Shown: positions 54,270-62,966 of the stretch, piece by piece
Layout: every line of letters begins with the position of its first letter
Position numbering within the stretch: the stretch's first letter is position 1
NCBI GenBank assembly: GCA_963623195.1
Contig: CAVFKA010000010.1
Coordinates: 398 to 64,397 of the forward strand
From: a bacterium
Lineage (GTDB): Bacteria; Bacillota_I; Bacilli_A; RFN20; CAG-826
DNA length: 64,000 nucleotides
Direction of reading: 5' to 3'
Translations under genes and position numbers: made by a program
The notes under the pieces: model-generated
Told to the model about the DNA's origin: nothing
The model's input: only the letters and a program-made list of their open reading frames with translations
The model's database searches: none

Positions 54270-54412
54270 AATAAGATAATGTAAACGCTTACAATTTTAC
54301 AATTACGAAATAGTAACGATGGTTACTTGCTTTTAAAAACAAGTTATTTACTTTTTTTGAACTTAATTTATTATGTTGTTGTAAGGGATAATACATCCCA
54401 GGAGGTAAATAA

Positions 54413-54976
54413 ATGAAGATACAAATCGTCGGTAAGAACATTCAAATTACCGACTCTATTCGCGCAAACGTCGAAAAGAAATTAGCGCGCGTAGAGAAAT
54501 ATTTCGTTAAGAGTGACGAAGAAATTCTTACGAGAGTTGTGGCCGTTGCTTATAACGTTGGGGCCAAGATCGAGATCACTGTCTTCACTAAGGCAATGGA
54601 CTTCAGAACAGAGGTTCGTGACAACGATTTATACGCTGCCGTTGACTTAGCAATTGATAAGTTAGAAGATCAAATGCGCAGACTCAAAACAAGAATGAAT
54701 CGTTCTAAAAACGCTGGTCAAGGATTGGGTTTAGGCCGTGCAATTGCATTCGAAAATTTAGCTGATGAAGATGATATTGAAAGCTCTGATGAGATTGTCA
54801 GAACAAAGTCAATCTATTTAGAGCCAATGTCTCTTGATGATGCCATTACTAGAATGAACGCATTAGGACATACATTCTTCGTATATCTTGATGAAGATGA
54901 CGACAAAGTCGCCGTTGCTTATAAGAGAATCGACGGTGGCTATGGCGTAATCGAAACTGAAAACGAATTGAAATAA
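54413..54976 (+). CDS. hpf: Ribosome hibernation promoting factor (long form)
   Basis: The N-terminus MKIQIVGKNIQITDSIRANVEKKL is a sigma-54-modulation/RaiA fold. The C-terminal dimerisation domain has ..IVRTKSIYLEPMSLDDAITRMNALGHTFFVY.. Confidence 0.92.
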   Translation: MKIQIVGKNIQITDSIRANVEKKLARVEKYFVKSDEEILTRVVAVAYNVGAKIEITVFTKAMDFRTEVRDNDLYAAVDLAIDKLEDQMRRLKTRMNRSKNAGQGLGLGRAIAFENLADEDDIESSDEIVRTKSIYLEPMSLDDAITRMNALGHTFFVYLDEDDDKVAVAYKRIDGGYGVIETENELK

Positions 54977-54994
54977 CGAAACATCAAAAAGTCT

Positions 54995-55020
54995 AGAGTG
55001 CTTCGGCACTCTTTTCTTTT
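54995..55020 (+). terminator. Terminator after hpf
   Basis: AGAGTGC-TTCG-GCACTCT followed by TTTCTTTT. Confidence 0.85.
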
Positions 55021-55089
55021 TCTAAAAATGGACTTAACCAACAAAAATAAAATGTTGCCTAATAAAAAATAATGGTATAAAATATCATC

Positions 55090-55407
55090 ATGAAGAAGAC
55101 ATTAACCAGAAAAAAGATCAACGGACATTACTACTATTACCTCTCACACAGGGAAGGTGAAAAAGTGGTTAGTGAATATTTAGGTACAGCATCGTCAACT
55201 AAATATAAAAAGTACTTGTACGCTTTGACCCATAAAGCTTCCAAATATGGTCTTGAAAAAGTTCGTCAAAATAACTTCAAAAACGGTATTCCTGTTGCCT
55301 ATGTTGAAGATGGGTATTTGATTTACGAATATTCGAATGGCTCAAAAGAATTTCTGAATTCAAAATTGCAAGTTGTAAAGGTAGAGAAAAATGGCAAAAA
55401 GAAGTAA
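55090..55407 (+). CDS. Small basic protein (105 aa), putative partner/antitoxin of the downstream P-loop-like protein
   Basis: KKINGHYYYYLSHREGEKVVSEYLG at the N-terminus and ..GIPVAYVEDGYLIYEYSNGSKEFL.. at the C-terminus. It overlaps the next gene by 17 nt. Confidence 0.55.
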   Translation: MKKTLTRKKINGHYYYYLSHREGEKVVSEYLGTASSTKYKKYLYALTHKASKYGLEKVRQNNFKNGIPVAYVEDGYLIYEYSNGSKEFLNSKLQVVKVEKNGKKK

Positions 55408-55900
55408 CTCAAAAGAACTTATATTGGTTTGTGGCGTCGAAGGATGCGGTCGTGGAACTTTTGCAACTTGTTTTAAGAATTCCTTTATGCAATCTCTCCC
55501 AATAATGCCTTTATATCAGGGAATTATTTCCGGTGGATCATTTGTTGCAACCTCCTCCTTAAATGACCCTAAACATATCAATTACATCAAATACGCTAGC
55601 CAGAACGGCTACAAAATTACAATGTACTATATCTTTGCGGGAAAACAATTATCGATTGCTAGAAACCGTTTTAGACTTCTTTCAGATGGAATGGCATTCG
55701 ATGAGGAAGCCTTCAAAAAGACGTATGATGCCTCATATAAAGGGCTGATTGAACTTTATGAATATATTGACTTAGTTTTCTTCATAAAAAATCAAAAGGA
55801 ATATGAGTTCATGGTAGCCTACTCTCCAAGTGAAACCAAACTCGACGATTTTAAAGAAGCAGTAAAGAAAGCAAAATCTTTGGTTGACCATTTGAGATGA
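55391..55900 (+). CDS. Zeta-toxin / COG4185-like P-loop NTPase fold protein with degenerate Walker A
   Basis: ELILVCGVEGCGRGT where GxxGxGK[ST] is expected. The later ..GGSFVATSSL......INYIKYASQNGYKITMYYIFAGKQLSIARNRFRLLSDG..FDEEAFKKTYDASYKGL.......IDLVFFIKN parallels the zeta/COG4185 layout. Confidence 0.5.
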   Translation: MAKRSNSKELILVCGVEGCGRGTFATCFKNSFMQSLPIMPLYQGIISGGSFVATSSLNDPKHINYIKYASQNGYKITMYYIFAGKQLSIARNRFRLLSDGMAFDEEAFKKTYDASYKGLIELYEYIDLVFFIKNQKEYEFMVAYSPSETKLDDFKEAVKKAKSLVDHLR

Positions 55901-55977
55901 TAAAAAATCAACCTTAATAATATCCGGAAATAAAAACTGCTTAACTTTTAGCATTTATATATATAAAATATTCAAGC

Positions 55978-56847
55978 ATGATGAAAACCCAGGTTATTGC
56001 TACAGATTTAGATGGTACCCTTTTTTACCCTAAGAAACGCATAATGCTCATCCCTAAGGATTCGAAAAGATTTCTTAGAAGGTTCATCGATGATGGAGGA
56101 AAACTCCTAGTTGTTACCGGTAGAGGAAAATATTTTGCTGATAAGGTAGCCAAATCATTGAAAAGACCAGTAGATGTTGTTGGATGCAACGGATCCTTGA
56201 TCGTAAGTAACGAACAGGTTCTTAGGGAATCCTTCTTTTCTAGGGAGGAATTAAAGGAACTTCTTGGAGAAATAAGAAGAGAAAACAAACTTATGTTCAT
56301 CTCTCTATTCTGCAAGAACTGTAACTTCGTAATAGATGTCTCAATGATGAAATTGTTCCCTAGAATCGGATACAGACTCTATGAATTCTATCAAGGTTGT
56401 TACCATGAAAGAGTCTTCAAAAGCGAAAGAATCTTCTATGAACAATTAGAAAAAGGAGAAGTATTCAAAGTTCTTCTCTTTGTTGGCCCATGGAAGAAAT
56501 ACATCAAAAAATCTGAAGAATTGTGTGAACTCTTATCTATTAGATACCCAGATTTCAACTTTGCATCGAGCAATCAAGCAATCGAAGTTACCCCAAAAGG
56601 AGTCACAAAGTCATCAGGAATTGCATTTTATCTTGAAAATAACGGAATTTCTAAAGATAATGTTATAGTTGTCGGTGACTCTGGAAATGATATTTCCATG
56701 TTTGACAGCTATTACGAGCAGAGCTATTGCATGTCTCATGCCTCCAAAAAAGTTCAATCTCATGCAAAAACAGCAATAGAACGTTTCAGCGATTTGGAAA
56801 AGTATATCTACCCATCTGAGGAGAGCAAAAGTTCCAAAGACAACTAA
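55978..56847 (+). CDS. HAD-IIB (Cof-type) phosphatase
   Basis: VIATDLDGTLF, ..VTGRG.., VGDSGNDISMF. Confidence 0.8.
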   Translation: MMKTQVIATDLDGTLFYPKKRIMLIPKDSKRFLRRFIDDGGKLLVVTGRGKYFADKVAKSLKRPVDVVGCNGSLIVSNEQVLRESFFSREELKELLGEIRRENKLMFISLFCKNCNFVIDVSMMKLFPRIGYRLYEFYQGCYHERVFKSERIFYEQLEKGEVFKVLLFVGPWKKYIKKSEELCELLSIRYPDFNFASSNQAIEVTPKGVTKSSGIAFYLENNGISKDNVIVVGDSGNDISMFDSYYEQSYCMSHASKKVQSHAKTAIERFSDLEKYIYPSEESKSSKDN

Positions 56848-56870
56848 TGTTGAAGAAAGGAAAAGAAACA

Positions 56871-57752
56871 ATGAATCAAGTTTCACAAGTCATTACTACA
56901 CTCGAACACTATAAAGTAGTAATCAGAGACACTCTTGAATACACCCTTCCAAGAGATAACTATGACATGAATGCCTATAACGAAAAGAAGAGAAGCATTC
57001 TTGTTGAAATCGAACAAAATACTCCACTTAAGAGCATTATCACCAATTCCGGAGAAAATGGTGAAAAATTAGAAAAATTAATCCGTGACTTCTATGATGA
57101 AGTCTATGGTGATGGATCCACAATCATCAAAGTCGCAGACGATGGTCTCCGCGTTGATCATGCCCAACACCTTGCTATTTTCAAAGCCGTCCTTCCAATT
57201 CACGAAAATATCGAAGGAATGGTCAGAGGCATTCTCGCTGATGCAACAAAGAACAATTTAGATGTTGCAACAGTCGCAAATGTCGATGCGTTAGAAGAAA
57301 GAATGTATCGCACAGTTGGATACTTAACATTAACAAACCAATTAGTTAAATTATTCAGCGATTATAACCAAGCTCGTAGAGAAGCCAAAGGCGAAGAATC
57401 TGCCGCTAGCAAATTCATCGGCAATGACATCAACGAAGTCATTTCATATTTAAATATCATCCGTGGCAACTCCCATATCACAGATTCCCGTTTCATGGGC
57501 GTCCAAGATAAAGTTTTCGAACTTGTTGAATTCATGACAGGCCGTCGTGATTTACCAATGGGCAAAGGTTTTGGCGATGTTATCAAAGAAACACAAGATT
57601 CCATCGGTGGATTAGTCCGTGAAGTTGAACCAGCATTCCGTGATGCCTACGTTCCAGTTTTAGACGAATTAATCAAACAAGCTCAAGCCAATGACAACAA
57701 GATTGGCGGCAATGGCGAAGCTGCTCCAGCAAACGAAGCAGAAGAAGCTTAA
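56871..57752 (+). CDS. Hypothetical helical protein (293 aa) with acidic/Ala-rich tail
   Basis: Long ORF. The ATG at 56871 follows GAAAGGAAAAG. No family recognised. Confidence 0.5.
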   Translation: MNQVSQVITTLEHYKVVIRDTLEYTLPRDNYDMNAYNEKKRSILVEIEQNTPLKSIITNSGENGEKLEKLIRDFYDEVYGDGSTIIKVADDGLRVDHAQHLAIFKAVLPIHENIEGMVRGILADATKNNLDVATVANVDALEERMYRTVGYLTLTNQLVKLFSDYNQARREAKGEESAASKFIGNDINEVISYLNIIRGNSHITDSRFMGVQDKVFELVEFMTGRRDLPMGKGFGDVIKETQDSIGGLVREVEPAFRDAYVPVLDELIKQAQANDNKIGGNGEAAPANEAEEA

Positions 57753-57771
57753 TTTTAGAAAGATTTAGATT

Positions 57772-58194
57772 ATGGCAGAGACATCACTTAAAACAAAGAA
57801 GGTCCATAGCAAGAGATGGCATATCGTATGGCGTTCCATCGTATGCACTTTTGATGCTGCTTTAGCTTTGGTTGGGATCATCATGATAATTTTAGGGATT
57901 ATCTCTGATTATCTTCCAAAGAAGAATAGCGAAAACTGGACTGGCAATGCGGTCTTTACGGCTGCAACCGGTATGGATTATCGCTGGTTTGGCTTCATTC
58001 TTATCGCTGGCGCTGTTGCAATCATGCTCATCGCATTCAATGTAATGGCTCATCGCGACGCATCAGATAAAGAACGTGAGATTCGTCGTCAAGAAAGAAT
58101 GAAAGTTCTTGCCGCTTCCCAACAAACATTCACTGTTGAAGAAAAACCTTCGACAGAAAATGCAGTAGAAGTTGAAGCAAAGCCAAAAGAATAA
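57772..58194 (+). CDS. Small membrane protein (two TM segments, charged C-terminal tail)
   Basis: Two hydrophobic helices followed by DKEREIRRQERMK... Lies 20 nt downstream of the previous ORF. Confidence 0.55.
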   Translation: MAETSLKTKKVHSKRWHIVWRSIVCTFDAALALVGIIMIILGIISDYLPKKNSENWTGNAVFTAATGMDYRWFGFILIAGAVAIMLIAFNVMAHRDASDKEREIRRQERMKVLAASQQTFTVEEKPSTENAVEVEAKPKE

Positions 58195-58211
58195 GACTTC
58201 TTAATGAATTT

Positions 58212-58237
58212 AGCCCCGTTAATTCGGGGCTTTTTTT
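58212..58237 (+). terminator. Rho-independent terminator
   Basis: AGCCCCG-TTAATT-CGGGGCT followed by T6. Confidence 0.85.
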
Positions 58238-58242
58238 GTATA

Positions 58243-58270
58243 GAAAAAAGCACCCTCAAGAGAGAGTGCT
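58243..58270 (-). terminator. Terminator of upp
   Basis: Minus strand: AGCACTCTCTCTTGAGGGTGCT hairpin followed by T6. Confidence 0.7.
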
Positions 58271-58280
58271 TAATATCTTC

Positions 58281-58928
58281 CTATTTAACCGTGCCAAATA
58301 TTCTATCGCCTGCATCCCCTAAACCTGGGCAGATATAGGCGTTTTCGTTTAACTCACGATCAAGTGCACCAATTGTGAGAGGAACTTCAGGATATGCTTT
58401 CTCGAATGCCTCAACACCTTCCGGTGCAGCGATGATGCAGATGAAATGAATGTTTTTAGCACCGTGTTGTTTAAGCAAGGTGATGGCATCAATTGCTGAA
58501 CCGCCAGTAGCCAACATTGGGTCAACAACATAGACCTCTCTATCTTCCAAATCATATGGAAGCTTGCAGTAATATTCGTGTGGGATGTGGGTTTCCTCAT
58601 CACGATATAAACCGATATGACCGACTTTTGCTGAAGGAACAAGAGCTGTCATTCCATCAACCATTCCGAGTCCTGCGCGAAGAATTGGAACGAAACAAAG
58701 CTTTTTGCCAGAAACCATTGGTTGTTGGGATTTTTCAATAGGTGTTTCGATTTCAACTAAGTGAGTTGGAAGATCTCTAAGAGCTTCATAACCCTCCATT
58801 ATTGCAATCTCTTTTACGACTCGTCTGAATTCGTTTGTGCCAGTGTTCTTGTCGCGAAGAATGCTGATTTTGTGTTTGATCAAAGGATGATCAAGCAAGG
58901 TGACGTTTGGATACTTTTTTAAGTCCAT
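58281..58928 (-). CDS. upp: Uracil phosphoribosyltransferase
   Basis: ..ILRAGLGM.., PRPP loop [11 protein letters not shown], ..PGLGDAGDR. Confidence 0.95.
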   Translation of the reverse strand: MDLKKYPNVTLLDHPLIKHKISILRDKNTGTNEFRRVVKEIAIMEGYEALRDLPTHLVEIETPIEKSQQPMVSGKKLCFVPILRAGLGMVDGMTALVPSAKVGHIGLYRDEETHIPHEYYCKLPYDLEDREVYVVDPMLATGGSAIDAITLLKQHGAKNIHFICIIAAPEGVEAFEKAYPEVPLTIGALDRELNENAYICPGLGDAGDRIFGTVK

Positions 58929-59055
58929 AATAATGCCTCTTTTCAGCTCTTTATCATAACATATATTTAGTGTTTGCTACCACATATTTAAATAAAGTAT
59001 TAATTGTTTCAAGAATTGAGAAATGTGACTATAATATTTAGGTGAGGTCACAAAC

Positions 59056-59580
59056 ATGGATTATTCTAAATATATTGCTGTAACGCCTGATTTTCCTACC
59101 AAAGGCATTTCTTTCAAAGACATTTCTCCTATTTTAGTCGATGCCGATGCATTTGAATCTTGTATCAATGATTTCGCTAAATTAGCCGAAAAATATCAAC
59201 CAGATGTCATCATTGGTCCTGAAGCTAGAGGGTTCTTATTTGGAGCCGCTCTTGGCTTAAAGATGCATAAAGGCTTCATTATGGCTAGAAAAGCAGGTAA
59301 ATTGCCTGGAAAAACATATAAGGTTGAATATTCTTTAGAATATGGAACAGCCAAGATTGAAGTTCCAGCCATTGCTTTAAAACCAGGTCAAAGAGTTTTG
59401 TTGATAGATGATTTACTTGCCACAGGCGGTTCTTTAAAGGCTTTGGCGAAACTTGTTAGAGAAGCGGGTGCAACACCTGTTGCAGCTTTAACTCTTATCA
59501 ACCTTAAAGAACTTGAAGGCTGGAAAAATTTAGATTTCCCTTGCGAATGCTTAGTGGAATTATCCGCAGATCACGAATAA
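59056..59580 (+). CDS. apt: Adenine phosphoribosyltransferase
   Basis: ..PDFPTKGISFKDISP.., VLLIDDLLATGGS. Confidence 0.95.
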   Translation: MDYSKYIAVTPDFPTKGISFKDISPILVDADAFESCINDFAKLAEKYQPDVIIGPEARGFLFGAALGLKMHKGFIMARKAGKLPGKTYKVEYSLEYGTAKIEVPAIALKPGQRVLLIDDLLATGGSLKALAKLVREAGATPVAALTLINLKELEGWKNLDFPCECLVELSADHE

Positions 59581-59589
59581 GAAGAAAGA

Positions 59590-59616
59590 AAAAAGCTGGC
59601 TCAAACCAGCTTTTTA
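59590..59616. terminator. Bidirectional terminator (apt / NUDIX gene)
   Basis: A5-AGCTGG-CTCAAA-CCAGCT-TTTTTATTTT. Confidence 0.8.
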
Positions 59617-60255
59617 TTTTGCCTTAAATCTTTCAGACATATATAGAATCCACATTCTTGCATGAAGAGGGATGATATATTTAGGATTTTTGAACATCTC
59701 TAAGCATTTTTCGATTGGAACAAATTTCGTGGATATATCTTCAAATTCTTCTAAGGCTGAGGATGATTGATATTCTGCTTCAGCCATCACAAATGCATTG
59801 GATTCATCAGACAATCCAGAAGAAGTAGGAGAGAATGGAGTAAGAATCTCCATGTTTTTTAAGGATGCAATTCCAGCTTCTTCGGAGGCCTCTCTTTTCG
59901 CTGTTTCAAATAAGTCTTCATCGTTATCAACCAATCCTGCAGGTATTGAAAATACGTAACTTCCAATAGGCTCTCTAAATTGTTTCGTTAAGAGGATTTC
60001 AAGTTTGCCTTCATTGAAACGATATATGCCAATGATGACTCCATCAGGATGCGTGTAATCATGAGTCAAAGATCTAAGATTTTCTTGCGATTTTCTTGAA
60101 GCGGTGAAATAAATATGTTCTTTATTTGAACCGTTTTTATTTACTAAGTAACGCAAAACAAAATAATTCAAAAAACGATTATGTGTTTCTTGCTTGACCT
60201 CTTCAAGCTTCCATTCCATTAGTCCGGAATCAGTTTCGAAAAACGTATCACTCAT
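59614..60255 (-). CDS. NUDIX hydrolase (ADP-ribose pyrophosphatase-like)
   Basis: Nudix box GLVDNDEDLFETAKREASEEAGI. The ATG at 60255 (MSDTFF..) is preferred, because the longer ORF runs into hslO. Confidence 0.8.
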   Translation of the reverse strand: MSDTFFETDSGLMEWKLEEVKQETHNRFLNYFVLRYLVNKNGSNKEHIYFTASRKSQENLRSLTHDYTHPDGVIIGIYRFNEGKLEILLTKQFREPIGSYVFSIPAGLVDNDEDLFETAKREASEEAGIASLKNMEILTPFSPTSSGLSDESNAFVMAEAEYQSSSALEEFEDISTKFVPIEKCLEMFKNPKYIIPLHARMWILYMSERFKAK

Positions 60256-61150
60256 CTTTGTTTTCCTTCTTATCGATGATATCTTTGATTTCATTTTCAG
60301 AATACTTATATGTTTTTCCACAGAAATTGCAGTTAATGTTGACTGGTTCTTTTTCATCTAAAATTCGTTTAAGCTCTTTTAGTGATAAAGAAGAGATAAT
60401 ACGTAACCCTCTTTCATGAGAACAGTTGCATTTCCAACACACGTCCCTCGTGGTTTCGAATTTTGGGGATAATCCAGCAAGCACATATTCCAATATTTTT
60501 TCAGGGGAATCACCGTTTTCAATAAGCATTTGAGTGACTGCTGGAGTGTTTGAAAGATTCTCTTCGAGTTTCTTGATTGTCTCTTCTGAAGTGTTAGGCA
60601 TCAGTTGGACGATGTAGCCGCCTGCATGATCGACCGTAACGGTTTCCTTGTTGAAATGAACACCTAAGCCAATAGCAGTAGGAGTTTGCTCTGATTTTGC
60701 AAAATAGAAAGCCAAATCCTCTGCAATCTCGCCAGTTTGCAAATCAACTTGAGAAACATAAGGCGTTTTTAATCCTAAGTCACGAATAACGACTAGATGT
60801 CCCTTGCCTATTGCTCCACCAACATTTAAATGATTTGCGGCGTTAGGTGGCAAGATTATGTCTGTTTTGGAAATATAAGAACGAACTTCGCCCCTGTTAT
60901 TTGCGATGGCGTCAAGATGGTTCAATTCTCCATCACCAACGATTTCTAAACAAATCGTATCAGATTCGTTTTTCAACCAATTTCCCATCATCAATGCGGC
61001 GCTCATGAGTCGACCTGAGGCGGCTGCACATATAGGGGAGAGGTTAAATAACACCCTTTTGTAATCAACTAAATTTTTGCTTGTGATGGCAATGGCCTTA
61101 ACTTCATCGTTTTCGGAGCGGGCCGTAACTAAATAATCTTTGTATTCCAT
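60248..61150 (-). CDS. hslO: Redox-regulated chaperone Hsp33
   Basis: C-terminal zinc centre CWKCNCS....NCNFCGKTY. The ATG at 61150 (MEYKDYLV..) is preferred. Confidence 0.9.
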   Translation of the reverse strand: MEYKDYLVTARSENDEVKAIAITSKNLVDYKRVLFNLSPICAAASGRLMSAALMMGNWLKNESDTICLEIVGDGELNHLDAIANNRGEVRSYISKTDIILPPNAANHLNVGGAIGKGHLVVIRDLGLKTPYVSQVDLQTGEIAEDLAFYFAKSEQTPTAIGLGVHFNKETVTVDHAGGYIVQLMPNTSEETIKKLEENLSNTPAVTQMLIENGDSPEKILEYVLAGLSPKFETTRDVCWKCNCSHERGLRIISSLSLKELKRILDEKEPVNINCNFCGKTYKYSENEIKDIIDKKENKDE

Positions 61151-61154
61151 AATA

Positions 61155-62966
61155 TCATTCAAAGGCAAATTGAGAATTGTATAAGGAAGCGTAGAAACCA
61201 TTTTGTTTCATAAGCTCTTCGTGGTTGCCTTGCTCGATAATATTACCATCTTTCATAACTAAAATCATATCGGCATTGCGGATGGTTGATAAACGGTGGG
61301 CGATAACGAATGATGTTTTGCCTTTTGTTAGCTTGTCCATTGCTTCCTGGATGACTTCCTCCGTTCTAGTGTCTACGTTAGAAGTGGCCTCATCTAGAAT
61401 CATCATGGAAGAGTTACGTAACATTGCCCTAGCAATCGTAATAAGCTGTCTTTGACCGCCTGAGATGCTATTTCCATCTTTGATGATGTAATCAAGTCCG
61501 TGAGGCAATGATTCAACGAAGTGATCAAGCTTGACTTCTTTTAAGACTTCCCAGATCTCCTCATCGCTTATATTTGCCCCATTGTAGATTAAATTATCTC
61601 TAATTGTACCTTCAAACACCCATGTATCTTGTAAGACCATGCCAAAGATATCATGCAATTCTTTACGGGAGATATCCTTAGTAGAAACATCATTAATTGC
61701 TATACGTCCCCCGTTAATTTCATAGAATCTCATCAAAAGGTTAACCATCGTCGTCTTGCCAGCACCTGTAGGTCCAACGATTGCAACCTTCATTCCTTCT
61801 TTTATATTGGCAGAGAATCCATGAATGATTTCACGAGTTTCGTCATATGAGAAGGAGACGTTATCGAAGACGATGTTACCATCCATCTTATTTCCGTTTA
61901 ATAACTTATAGGAAATACCATCTTCATTGGATAATTCTTTTTCGTTTAAGAAATCGAAGACCCTCTTTCCTGCGGCAAGGGCTGTTTGAAGTTGATTTAG
62001 CGCTTGCGATATTTGTGTGAATGGTTGTTGGAATAGACGAATATAGATCATGAAAGCCATGATGGTTCCGATCGTTACTCCTCCTATGTCATTGATGATA
62101 AGAAGGGCTCCTCCGACAATGACCGCACCATAACATAAATATGAAATGAATGAAGTCATAGGCATCATCAAACCGCCAAAGAATTGCGCTTTGAACATAT
62201 ACTCTTTTAACTTGCTATTCTTTTCCTCAAAGATTTCATCTTGCTTCTTTTCGGCATTGAATAGCTTGATGACCAATTGACCGGAGAATTTTTCTTCGAC
62301 GTTTCCTTGAACGACGCCAACTTGATTTTGCCTATTGACGAATTGGGGCATGGCTAATTTCATGATACCCATGAGGAAAAGTAGCATCAAAGGAATTGAG
62401 ATTAGTGAAATTAAGGCTAACTGCCAGCATTTAACAAACATTCCAATTAAAGCACCAACCAACATAAAGATGGCACTAAGCAATGATGATAAAGCTGTGT
62501 CAATTGATTGAGATAATGAATCAACGTCGTTTGTGACACGCGATAAGGTATCGCCAATCTGCCTTGAATCGAAATAAGAAAGAGGAAGAAGGTTGATCTT
62601 TGCGACTATGCTCTTTCTTAAAGAGTTTGCATAACGTTGAGTAACGGTTGCAATAATAAAAGATGAGCAATATGAGCAAATGGCAGATGTAACATACATT
62701 ATCGCTAAGATTGTGATGTATTTAATGACAATGCTCATGCTAATAGAGGCGGTTGCGGCATTATTTGAAATCTCATTTGTCAAATCTTCGACGTAGTTTG
62801 GTGCGACTACGGCAATGATTACGTTAACAAGAATGAATATTGCGGCCAAAATAATTGCAAACCAATATTTTTTAGTGGATTGAATTAATTTTGAGAGGGT
62901 GGCTGCGCCATCTTTTGAAGATAGTTTCATTTTTCCATTTGGACCTGGTCCGTGACGTGGGCTCAT
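61155..62966 (-). CDS. ABC exporter, fused TMD-NBD half transporter (heterodimer partner B)
   Basis: 6-TM N-domain, GPTGAGKTT, ISGGQRQL, MILDEATS. The ATG at 62966 overlaps the upstream stop (ATGA). Confidence 0.9.
   Translation of the reverse strand: MSPRHGPGPNGKMKLSSKDGAATLSKLIQSTKKYWFAIILAAIFILVNVIIAVVAPNYVEDLTNEISNNAATASISMSIVIKYITILAIMYVTSAICSYCSSFIIATVTQRYANSLRKSIVAKINLLPLSYFDSRQIGDTLSRVTNDVDSLSQSIDTALSSLLSAIFMLVGALIGMFVKCWQLALISLISIPLMLLFLMGIMKLAMPQFVNRQNQVGVVQGNVEEKFSGQLVIKLFNAEKKQDEIFEEKNSKLKEYMFKAQFFGGLMMPMTSFISYLCYGAVIVGGALLIINDIGGVTIGTIMAFMIYIRLFQQPFTQISQALNQLQTALAAGKRVFDFLNEKELSNEDGISYKLLNGNKMDGNIVFDNVSFSYDETREIIHGFSANIKEGMKVAIVGPTGAGKTTMVNLLMRFYEINGGRIAINDVSTKDISRKELHDIFGMVLQDTWVFEGTIRDNLIYNGANISDEEIWEVLKEVKLDHFVESLPHGLDYIIKDGNSISGGQRQLITIARAMLRNSSMMILDEATSNVDTRTEEVIQEAMDKLTKGKTSFVIAHRLSTIRNADMILVMKDGNIIEQGNHEELMKQNGFYASLYNSQFAFE

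Noticed and set aside
58929-59055. Inverted repeat TGTGAC-N17-GTCACA around the apt -10 region. A similar GTGAC-AATAA-GTCAC sits in the promoter of the 23-aa peptide gene (47684-47698).
   Set aside because: The arms are short (5-6 bp) in AT-rich DNA and there are only two occurrences. That is not enough to call a shared operator.
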